A stretch of DNA of 46,386 nucleotides from IMG/VR virus record IMGVR_UViG_2913167280_000002. One strand, 5' to 3'. Position numbers and translations under genes: made by a program. Of this stretch, positions 16,634 to 23,970 are shown piece after piece. How positions within the stretch are numbered: the first letter of the stretch is position 1; each line of letters opens with the position of its first letter. The stretch is from a virus. Taxonomy: Duplodnaviria; Heunggongvirae; Uroviricota; Caudoviricetes. The notes beneath the pieces are model-generated. The model did no database searches, was not told the origin of the DNA, and worked only from the letters and a program-made list of their open reading frames with translations.

Positions 16634-16846
16634 ATGTTAAATACACAGAAAACCATTAACGCGGAAAAATATAACGAGTGGGTAAAAAAATTCTCTGAGC
16701 AGATTTTTAAGATTACTGGTGACGAGAATGTAGCAAAAAATGAATTAGAGCCGTGGACACCTGAAGGAACCGACCCAAATTATTGCTGGTGGGAGGTTGA
16801 TCCGGTTGATGCTGCAAATGAAGCCATGAGTTACCACAACGATTAA
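16634..16846 (+). CDS. hypothetical protein
   Basis: GGAGG RBS. Confidence 0.4.
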   Translation: MLNTQKTINAEKYNEWVKKFSEQIFKITGDENVAKNELEPWTPEGTDPNYCWWEVDPVDAANEAMSYHND

Positions 16847-16908
16847 TGTCGGGATGCCGCCCGAAAGGGCGGTAATAAAAATGGCTGAACTAATCGGAGA
16901 ACAAAACG

Positions 16909-17097
16909 ATGAAAAACCGTAAAGCAAAAATTCTTTTGACCTGTAGAAATGCTCGCGGCATCCAGCAATGGTTAAAACTCAGTAACCGCAGAATGGGGCT
17001 GTTCACAAATACGGCTGATATTGTGATGTGTTCACTTAACAAGCCCAGCGCGGCGCAAAACCGCTGGAAAAACCACTTGCGCACTAAAGGAGAGTGA
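16909..17097 (+). CDS. hypothetical protein
   Basis: GGAGA RBS. Confidence 0.35.
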   Translation: MKNRKAKILLTCRNARGIQQWLKLSNRRMGLFTNTADIVMCSLNKPSAAQNRWKNHLRTKGE

Positions 17098-17098
17098 T

Positions 17099-17317
17099 GT
17101 GCCAACATTATTCAGGAAAAATTATCCGCGAAGAAGCAGAACGATAGAATTTCTGTTTTTCATTGTGTTTATCGTGTTGCTGATACCGATATCCCCGTTA
17201 ATCCTGGTCTGGGTAATCGGAAAATTAGTTGAACCAGTTATTGAGTTATATACCGACGTGACATCGGAGCCATTCAACGCACTGCACAGTAAAATTAATC
17301 CATATAAGGAAAACTGA
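17099..17317 (+). CDS. small membrane protein
   Basis: GTG start after AAAGGAGAGTGAT; one hydrophobic helix FLFFIVFIVLLIPISPLILVWVIG. Confidence 0.35.
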   Translation: MPTLFRKNYPRRSRTIEFLFFIVFIVLLIPISPLILVWVIGKLVEPVIELYTDVTSEPFNALHSKINPYKEN

Positions 17318-17318
17318 A

Positions 17319-17693
17319 ATGGCTTTTACCGACAAAGAAATGATTAAAGAAATCAAAGAACGTATCAGCAGCCTGGACGTGCGAGACAATATTGAGCGCC
17401 GGGCTTATGAAATAGCGTTAGCCTCGCTGGAAGCAGAACCGGTGGCATGGACTGATGACGAGGAACTGCGAGATGTTGAGCAAATTGGTTTAGGTTATTT
17501 ATTACCTTGTCCTCCAGATAAATACGCAGACCCGCGTCGTGTAATTCCTCTGTATCGCGAGCTGCCAGCACCGGTAGTGCCGGATGAAATGTATTGGCAG
17601 GATGCGCCAGTTGAAGGCAGCAGCAAAGCGGCTGCATACGCTACAGGCTGGAACGCCTGCCGCGCAGCCATGCTTCAGGGGAAAGGGAAGTGA
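17319..17693 (+). CDS. hypothetical protein
   Basis: Coupled ORF; shares an EPVAW segment with the next protein. Confidence 0.4.
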   Translation: MAFTDKEMIKEIKERISSLDVRDNIERRAYEIALASLEAEPVAWTDDEELRDVEQIGLGYLLPCPPDKYADPRRVIPLYRELPAPVVPDEMYWQDAPVEGSSKAAAYATGWNACRAAMLQGKGK

Positions 17694-17703
17694 TATGGCT
17701 ACT

Positions 17704-17970
17704 TTTACCAAAGAGCAATTGATTGCCCATATTCGTGAACGTAAGGAAGCGCGCCAGAGAATGTTGGATACGGTAACTATTAACCCCGGATTTCGTGAAT
17801 ATCTTGAAAGAGAGCTTGCTACAGATGAAATTGCACTGGCATCCCTGGCATCTGCACCTGTTGCATGGCTAGTTGGAGGGCGTTTGTTCACAACTGAGAT
17901 AGCTGCGGGGATGTACGCTAGTGAGGTGAGGAAAGCAGTTAAGCCGCTATTCTTTTCTGCACTACTGTGA
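17704..17970 (+). CDS. hypothetical protein (paralog-like to the preceding ORF)
   Basis: LASLASAPVAWLVG versus LASLEAEPVAWTDD in the 17319 protein. Confidence 0.35.
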   Translation, partial: FTKEQLIAHIRERKEARQRMLDTVTINPGFREYLERELATDEIALASLASAPVAWLVGGRLFTTEIAAGMYASEVRKAVKPLFFSALL

Positions 17971-18115
17971 GTATTGTTTTTTTATTGATCGATTAACCAC
18001 ATTTTGAAGGTTTTTTTTATGGGAAAACCTTGTTTTAGGTGGTAACTGGGTGTAGTGTTTCATTTAACGTAGTAAAACTGCGTTAAGCGATTACCGCGTA
18101 ATTTGTTGCTTTATG

Positions 18116-18147
18116 AAGCCCTGCCTTTTCGGCGGGGCTTTTTTTTT
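18116..18147 (+). terminator. rho-independent terminator immediately upstream of the lysis cassette
   Basis: 9-bp stem AGCCCTGCC/GGCGGGGCT followed by nine T; ends 14 nt before the holin ATG. Confidence 0.65.
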
Positions 18148-18160
18148 AACGAGGATTTCA

Positions 18161-18556
18161 ATGTCAGCAGAACCAATTTCCGGTACGGCCGTTGCTGCTG
18201 GTGGCCTGATGGGTGCCAGCGTTTTTGGTATTGCAACTGGTATTGATTACGGCGTTGTATTCGGGGCATTTGCTGGCGCTGTTTTCTATGTTGCTACAGC
18301 GGTGAATATTAGCCGTCTCAAGCTGATTGGCTATTTCTTTACATCGTTCATTGTTGGAGTGATTGGAGCGCCGTTAGTTGGCTCATTTCTTGCCAAATGG
18401 ACCAGCTACAACGATCGACCTCTTGATGCGCTTGGTGCGGTTATTGTGGCTGCATTGACAATTAAAATCCTCACGTTCGTAAACAGCCAGGATCTCGGTA
18501 GCATCTTTGGAATGCTTTCCCGCTTACGTGGAGGGGGTTCAAATGGTAAGCAGTGA
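18161..18556 (+). CDS. putative holin
   Basis: 132 aa, about three transmembrane segments, first gene of the lysis cassette. Confidence 0.5.
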   Translation: MSAEPISGTAVAAGGLMGASVFGIATGIDYGVVFGAFAGAVFYVATAVNISRLKLIGYFFTSFIVGVIGAPLVGSFLAKWTSYNDRPLDALGAVIVAALTIKILTFVNSQDLGSIFGMLSRLRGGGSNGKQ

Positions 18557-18839
18557 CCCGTCAGCACTGATTAATGCGGTGCTTTGCACAGTAATAGTAA
18601 TGGCGCTGATGCTTTATCGACGGAAAGACTCCAGGCATCGTCCAGTTGTTTCCTTTCTGGCTTATATCTACGTCATTGTATACGCCAATGTTCCCTTCCG
18701 TTATGTGTTCGGTCTTTATCAAGAATCCCACTGGCTGGTGGTTATTGGAAATCTGATTATCTGCGTCGTTGTTCTGTATTTCAGGGGAAATCTGGCGCGG
18801 ATAGTTGACGCATTAGGGTTTAATCATGACCAAAGATGA
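18543..18839 (+). CDS. membrane protein (holin-associated, possible second holin or antiholin)
   Basis: Two to three hydrophobic helices; overlaps both neighbours. Confidence 0.4.
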   Translation: MVSSDPSALINAVLCTVIVMALMLYRRKDSRHRPVVSFLAYIYVIVYANVPFRYVFGLYQESHWLVVIGNLIICVVVLYFRGNLARIVDALGFNHDQR

Positions 18840-19368
18840 GATTTTTAACAGCATTCTTGGAAAAGAGGGCGGCTATGTGGATCACCCTGACGACAAGGGA
18901 GGCCCAACAAAGTGGGGCATTACTCAGAACACTGCCCGTGCTCATGGATACCGTGGCGATATGCGCGATTTAACTCGCGAACAGGCTCTGGAAATCCTTG
19001 AGGCTGATTACTGGTACGGCCCACGTTTTGACCAGATAGCAACTCTGTCGCCGGATATTGCCGCAGAACTGTGCGACACGGGCGTCAACATGGGGCCAAC
19101 AGTGGCGTCAAAAATGCTTCAACGCTGGCTGAATGTGTTCAATCTGCGTGGGAAGCTGTATCCCGATTTGGATGCAGATGGACGAATTGGTCCACGTACC
19201 ATTAATGCGCTGCGTGCTTATCTTGGGAATCGGGGAAAAGACGGCGAACGGGTGATGCTGACGTCGCTGAACTGTACGCAGGGCGAACGCTATCTGGAGT
19301 TGGCGGAGAAGCGCGAGGCTAATGAGTCGTTTGTCTACGGCTGGATGAAAGAGCGAGTGGTGGTATGA
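18826..19368 (+). CDS. endolysin (glycoside hydrolase family 108-like with peptidoglycan-binding domain)
   Basis: N-terminal ILGKEGGYVDHPDDKGGPTKWGIT signature. Confidence 0.7.
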   Translation: MTKDEIFNSILGKEGGYVDHPDDKGGPTKWGITQNTARAHGYRGDMRDLTREQALEILEADYWYGPRFDQIATLSPDIAAELCDTGVNMGPTVASKMLQRWLNVFNLRGKLYPDLDADGRIGPRTINALRAYLGNRGKDGERVMLTSLNCTQGERYLELAEKREANESFVYGWMKERVVV

Positions 19369-19643
19369 CTGGTTTGAAGGCCGTTTTGTCATTTATTGGC
19401 ACAATTATATTGGTTGCATTCGGCGCGTTTGGTTTTGGTCGTATGAAGGGGCGAGAAAAGGCCGAAGATGAAGCTGAAAAGCAGCGCATTAATGAGAATG
19501 TAGCCGCCGTAAAAGCCACTGCGGAGCGGCGTATAGAAGTGACAAAAGAGGTGGGGAATGTACAGCAGAGTGTTAACCATATGGCTGATGACGATGTTGA
19601 TCGCGAGCTGCGGGAGTCGTGGAAGCGTCCCGGTGGTGGTTGA
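19365..19643 (+). CDS. i-spanin (Rz-like)
   Basis: N-terminal transmembrane helix then charged, coiled-coil-like region; follows the endolysin. Confidence 0.5.
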   Translation: MTGLKAVLSFIGTIILVAFGAFGFGRMKGREKAEDEAEKQRINENVAAVKATAERRIEVTKEVGNVQQSVNHMADDDVDRELRESWKRPGGG

Positions 19644-19767
19644 TACCGCCTGTGATTGGGTAAAGCCCATCTACCTGACTGATCACGACATCGATGTTAT
19701 GGACCGCCAGACAAAGAAAGATATTCTGGCTCATAACAGGGCATGGGAAATCAACTGCCGAAAGTAA
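19558..19767 (+). CDS. o-spanin lipoprotein (Rz1-like), overlapping the i-spanin gene in another frame
   Basis: Signal peptide with lipobox LIASC; starts inside the i-spanin gene in a different frame. Confidence 0.45.
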   Translation: MYSRVLTIWLMTMLIASCGSRGSVPVVVDTACDWVKPIYLTDHDIDVMDRQTKKDILAHNRAWEINCRK

Positions 19768-19936
19768 TATATATTTCTATAATTATATAAATATATAGTT
19801 ACAACATTCTATGCGCTTTTCTCATGGGTGCACGCATCAACCATGTTTGTCTGATATGCCGCCGCGCCCAAAAATCCTGAATTTATTGGCTGGGATTTTC
19901 GTGCGCGGCGCCACACCAGACAAACAAATCAAATAT

Positions 19937-20012
19937 GGCCCCTTAGCTCAGTGGTTAGAGCAGGCGACTCATAATCGCACGGTCATCGGTTCAAGTCCGG
20001 TAGGGGCCACCA
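19937..20012 (+). tRNA. tRNA with CAU anticodon (Met or lysidine-modified Ile)
   Basis: 76 nt; 7-bp acceptor stem, D-arm GCTC/GAGC, anticodon loop CTCATAA, T-loop TTCAAGT, encoded CCA; one G-A mismatch at the top of the anticodon stem. Confidence 0.75.
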
Positions 20013-20315
20013 ATTCACTCTCACACATAAAGATAAGCGCGGTGGAGTTACTTCTTCGTGCTCATCTTTATGCGTGCCTGGTGCACATTTCGGGAAGCCG
20101 TTGGTTAGTGAGTACAGGCAGGGCCTGTTATCCGCAAAGGGGTAAAAGCTGGAGCGGCACGGAACTGTAGCCGTGTTACCAAAACAGCGTTGTCGGGCGA
20201 TATCCGGCACACAACAGGCAAGGGCATTAATCAGTCTGGCTAGTGCCCTTTTCGTTGTGTCTGCTGTAGAGCTGGCCAGCGTTATGACTGCCTGAGCGGC
20301 GGAGACATAACTAAC

Positions 20316-20903
20316 ATGGAGGCAATTGCATTGTTTAATCTGATTTATGCAGATCCCCCCTGGGAATACAAAGACAAGTGTAAGGATGGGAATCGTGGCG
20401 CTGGTTTTAAGTATCCAACGATGAAAGCTGAGGAGATTGCTCGTATTCCTGTCTGGCAGCTTGCTAATCCTGAATCGTGTTTGTTGGCCATGTGGTGGGT
20501 TCCGACTCAGCCAGAAGAAGCGTTGCTGGTGGTGAAAGCATGGGGATTCAGGCTTATGACCATGAAGGGCTTCACATGGAACAAATGTGGTAGCCGACAA
20601 CCAGATAAGCTGGTGATGGGAATGGGGCATATGACTCGTGCAAACAGTGAAGATTGCTTGTTTGCAGTGAAAGGCAAACTACCGACACGTCTTGATGCGG
20701 GGATCATTCAGTCGTTTACATCGCCTCGTCTGGAGCATTCTCGGAAGCCTGATGTGGTCCGTGACAAGCTGGTAAAGCTGTTAGGCGATGTTCCTCGTAT
20801 TGAGCTGTTTGCTCGCGGTGATTTACCTGATGGCTGGCATGGCTGGGGCAACCAGTGCAACGGAGGTATCCAGTTGCATGATGCTCTCTGGCAAGTGTCA
20901 TAG
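20316..20903 (+). CDS. MT-A70-family DNA N6-adenine methyltransferase
   Basis: DPPW catalytic motif in LIYADPPWEY near the N-terminus; 195 aa. Confidence 0.7.
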   Translation: MEAIALFNLIYADPPWEYKDKCKDGNRGAGFKYPTMKAEEIARIPVWQLANPESCLLAMWWVPTQPEEALLVVKAWGFRLMTMKGFTWNKCGSRQPDKLVMGMGHMTRANSEDCLFAVKGKLPTRLDAGIIQSFTSPRLEHSRKPDVVRDKLVKLLGDVPRIELFARGDLPDGWHGWGNQCNGGIQLHDALWQVS

Positions 20904-21015
20904 AATTATATAATTATAGATTTATATAAAAAGTGCTTTACAGGTGGGAAAAAATTTCCTATGGTTATACCCGAAACCGAGCGATACCCGCCCTGGTTAA
21001 ACCGGAGATAACCCG
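20899..21015 (+). promoter_or_regulatory. conserved promoter/leader module, copy C
   Basis: Identical to copy A from the -35 region to the ATG, one substitution in the AT-rich box; TTTACA at 20937-20942. Confidence 0.6.
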
Positions 21016-21285
21016 ATGAAAGTACAAGACCGTGAAGTAGTAAAAAACCTCCTGCAATACCTGACCTCAAAAAACCTGACGGGCAGCGTTGAGTTCCGTG
21101 AAGCGTTAAAACATTTCAACGTCACTACGGTTTATCGTTGGGAAAACAAACATTCTGAAAGACCGTATGTGGTGGATGTTTTTGCGCCTGATATTGAGTG
21201 CGGTTTTGAGCGTCATTCGTTCAAGGAGAAACATTCCGCTGATGTTTTTTGTGAGGTTGTATGTGCGGCAGGAGATGATGAGTGA
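21016..21285 (+). CDS. hypothetical protein
   Basis: First gene behind module C. Confidence 0.4.
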   Translation: MKVQDREVVKNLLQYLTSKNLTGSVEFREALKHFNVTTVYRWENKHSERPYVVDVFAPDIECGFERHSFKEKHSADVFCEVVCAAGDDE

Positions 21286-21482
21286 TGCGTATTTCCTTCA
21301 AACGTGCGACTGAGCAGCAACGCAAAGAGCTTCTGGCTGATGATGTAGCGGCCGTTTATGACCTCATGAAAGAGGTTGTGGAATCAGGGAACTACACGGC
21401 GGCAAAGATGCTTAAACTGCAATTCTTGCTGGGCGACCTGAAATACAAATCCGAAGTTGTCGCCGGACGACGCGAGCATTAA
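21282..21482 (+). CDS. hypothetical protein
   Basis: ATGA-coupled ORF. Confidence 0.35.
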   Translation: MMRISFKRATEQQRKELLADDVAAVYDLMKEVVESGNYTAAKMLKLQFLLGDLKYKSEVVAGRREH

Positions 21483-21504
21483 ACCGTAACGATAACGAAC
21501 AACG

Positions 21505-21531
21505 AGCCTCGGCAATTGCCGGGGCTTTTTT
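21505..21531 (+). terminator. rho-independent terminator
   Basis: GC-rich palindrome GCCTCGGCAATTGCCGGGGC followed by TTTTTT. Confidence 0.55.
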
Positions 21532-21556
21532 ACATCCAGACAAAGGAGAACATGGG

Positions 21557-22012
21557 ATGCCTTCGACAAGCACCAAAAAAGAAATGGCGGTTAGTGATGT
21601 GCTTTACGCGCTTTCGACTATATGTGACGGAGCAATGATGAGGATGAAAGTCCTCCATGAAGCATACGGAAAAAGTCACGATGAGGCAGCTAAAGAATGC
21701 CTGAATGAGATTGTGGACTTCATTGATAGCCATCGGTCGCTGATAGCTCTCGATAACCAGCCGCAAGCCGAAGAATGCCAGAAGCGCGAGTATAAAACGA
21801 TATATGGGAATAAGTTCTTCTGTCTAAGCGAGTTGGCTGCAAAGGTGGCCGACATTCTGGAGAACAACGGCGGTCGAATGCGTCAGGTTAGCTATCTGGC
21901 TGAATATGAATCTCTAATCATGTTAGTTGATCATTTAGTTGATACAGGAGCTTTACAGCTCAACTGCCTAAGGCTATCTGGTCACCCGATAAAAATGAAT
22001 GGAAGGATATAA
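21557..22012 (+). CDS. hypothetical protein
   Basis: AAGGAG RBS 8 nt upstream. Confidence 0.4.
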   Translation: MPSTSTKKEMAVSDVLYALSTICDGAMMRMKVLHEAYGKSHDEAAKECLNEIVDFIDSHRSLIALDNQPQAEECQKREYKTIYGNKFFCLSELAAKVADILENNGGRMRQVSYLAEYESLIMLVDHLVDTGALQLNCLRLSGHPIKMNGRI

Positions 22013-22014
22013 CC

Positions 22015-22221
22015 GTGGACTTGCCGAGTGATTTGTTCTGGTTTCCGCTTCCAATAAGAGATTTGTTGGTATTTCTGGCTGGCGCTTACGTCTGGAGAAA
22101 AGCGAAGGACACCTCGTTATCTTTGAGGTTTGTCTTAGCTATATCGGTAGGAACCGCGCTGGGAACGGCGTATCTCTTGATATTACTGGAGATATTCATT
22201 GAAGAATGGATAGTTTCATGA
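22015..22221 (+). CDS. small membrane protein
   Basis: GTG start; two hydrophobic segments. Confidence 0.3.
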   Translation: MDLPSDLFWFPLPIRDLLVFLAGAYVWRKAKDTSLSLRFVLAISVGTALGTAYLLILLEIFIEEWIVS

Positions 22222-22382
22222 ATGGTGTTGGCATTTTTCTGATGGTTGTGGCCGTGTGTTTTTGTATCTCGCTGGTGGTTATCGCTGGTGTCCTGTGGCG
22301 CATCTTAGTGGCGCAGAGAGCTTTTCGGCGTAAGCGGGAGCAATTGCGGTCAGGGTGCGTTTCATTCAAGTCAATGAGATAG
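22218..22382 (+). CDS. small membrane protein (54 aa, not in the ORF track)
   Basis: ATGA overlap with the preceding ORF; hydrophobic helix then a basic tail. Confidence 0.3.
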   Translation: MNGVGIFLMVVAVCFCISLVVIAGVLWRILVAQRAFRRKREQLRSGCVSFKSMR

Positions 22383-22398
22383 ATGTAGGGTTATTTAT

Positions 22399-23112
22399 AT
22401 GATGCATTTAAAAAATATCAGTGCGCCGCTTATTGATCCCCGCGGCAAACATCCAGATGTGCTACAGCTTTTTACTGAAGACGGAAGAAATTGGTATGAG
22501 GAGCAGAAGAAATTTCAGCCTCACACTTTAAAGATGATGTATGACAATAACGGCATTATCCGCAGTGTTTCGAAAGATGTATCGTTGCTTTGCCCGGATG
22601 GGATGAGTGTTATTGAGTTACCTGATACCGATGAGTATCGAAAAGTAGATAACACAGGTGATTGGCTCGTCAAAGATGTTCAAATTGTGAAGCGTGAAGG
22701 TCCAGAGCAGCGAGAAAACTCACCGATATCTATTGGTGCCGAGGCTGTTCCGTTTAAGTTTGAATTATCCCAACTGGTAACAATGCGTATCAGTGACGAA
22801 TGGGGAGAAGTTCAAGCCCGTGCTCAGTATGCAAATGGCGAAAACCAGTATCTGATTCACTATCAGGCGGCTGATGGCCGTGCTACTACAGAGTGGTTCG
22901 GTGAGTCGATGCTGATTGCGATGGAGGATAAACGTCATCCTGGCTGTCCTGTTTTTGCTTGTATTGATCTGCCAGAAGGCGCGGTACTTGAAGACGACAA
23001 AGAAGAATGGTCGCCTGATGGCGAACTTGTCATTACCGGAATCGTGGATGGTAAGCCGAGATACTCTCGCATTGAGGTAAATAACGGTCACATCTGTTTG
23101 ATACCAGAGTGA
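22399..23112 (+). CDS. protein with tail-fibre-assembly-chaperone-like N-terminal region
   Basis: MMHLKNI...DGRNWYEEQKKFQP resembles the start of Mu/P1-type tail fibre assembly proteins as I recall them; C-terminal half unrelated. Confidence 0.35.
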   Translation: MMHLKNISAPLIDPRGKHPDVLQLFTEDGRNWYEEQKKFQPHTLKMMYDNNGIIRSVSKDVSLLCPDGMSVIELPDTDEYRKVDNTGDWLVKDVQIVKREGPEQRENSPISIGAEAVPFKFELSQLVTMRISDEWGEVQARAQYANGENQYLIHYQAADGRATTEWFGESMLIAMEDKRHPGCPVFACIDLPEGAVLEDDKEEWSPDGELVITGIVDGKPRYSRIEVNNGHICLIPE

Positions 23113-23346
23113 CGCATTACAGCAGCTCTTGTGCTAATCAGGGGCTGCGATAATGCGCAAACCAAAGCTGCCTCATTAACTCCAGCTCGCTGTGGAGTTA
23201 ATGCTGGTGGCTTTTTTATTACTGGAAGGTGGGCGACCGCCGTCAGTTGCGACCTGACGACAGTCATTCATACCCACAGGGTGCCGTGGATACAAACCGA
23301 GGCCCACTTGCTTGCACAAGCGAGGGGATTTTAGCGGATAAACGGC

Positions 23347-23970
23347 ATGACAAAACAACTTAATGTGGTTTCTTTACCACTTTCTGTGTTGATTGGTTAT
23401 GAAAAGAACGCTCGCACACACTCCGTGGAGCAGGTAGATCAGATTGTTGCCAGCATACAGGAGTACGGATGGACTAATCCGATCCTGATAGACGAGAACA
23501 ACGTTGTAATTGCTGGTCATGGTCGAATTGCTGCGGCCACTCAGTTGGGGATGGATGATGTTCCCTGCATTGTTCTGGCTGGGCTAACGGAGAATCAGAA
23601 GAAGGCATATCGTCTGGCCGACAACCGTATTCCGCTGAATGCTGGTTGGGATGAAGAGCTGTTAAGCGCGGAGCTTGCAGATCTTGCGGCCGATGATTTT
23701 GCTCTGGACTCAATTGGTTTTACTCAGCGCGAACTGGATAACTTATTGAGTGCGGCGGTCTACGATGACACAGAGGGTATGGATATCCCATTTGAGAAGG
23801 ATGAGGCCAAATCAGGCGTAAAAGTTCAGTACCTGTCATTTGGAGGTCATAAAATCCCGGCAACGGATGAGGAAGCGGATCGTTTTGACTGCGCGGTGTC
23901 TCGTTATGTTGATGATAATGGCAGCTATATCGGATTTGTATCCGCATTGCTGGCTGGGGAGGTGTGCTGA
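23347..23970 (+). CDS. ParB-like nuclease-domain protein
   Basis: ParB N-terminal-domain pattern ...NPILIDENNVVIAGHGRIAAA...; paralogous to the 26636 protein. Confidence 0.6.
   Translation: MTKQLNVVSLPLSVLIGYEKNARTHSVEQVDQIVASIQEYGWTNPILIDENNVVIAGHGRIAAATQLGMDDVPCIVLAGLTENQKKAYRLADNRIPLNAGWDEELLSAELADLAADDFALDSIGFTQRELDNLLSAAVYDDTEGMDIPFEKDEAKSGVKVQYLSFGGHKIPATDEEADRFDCAVSRYVDDNGSYIGFVSALLAGEVC

Noticed and set aside
20220-20256. Possible terminator hairpin between the tRNA and the methyltransferase gene
   Set aside because: The stem AGGGCA/TGCCCT has a 17-nt loop and only a short T-run, too weak to call.
19811-20630. ORFs 19811-20170 (+) and 19983-20630 (-) from the six-frame track
   Set aside because: Both overlap the tRNA gene and the upstream part of the methyltransferase gene; no RBS and no recognisable protein features.
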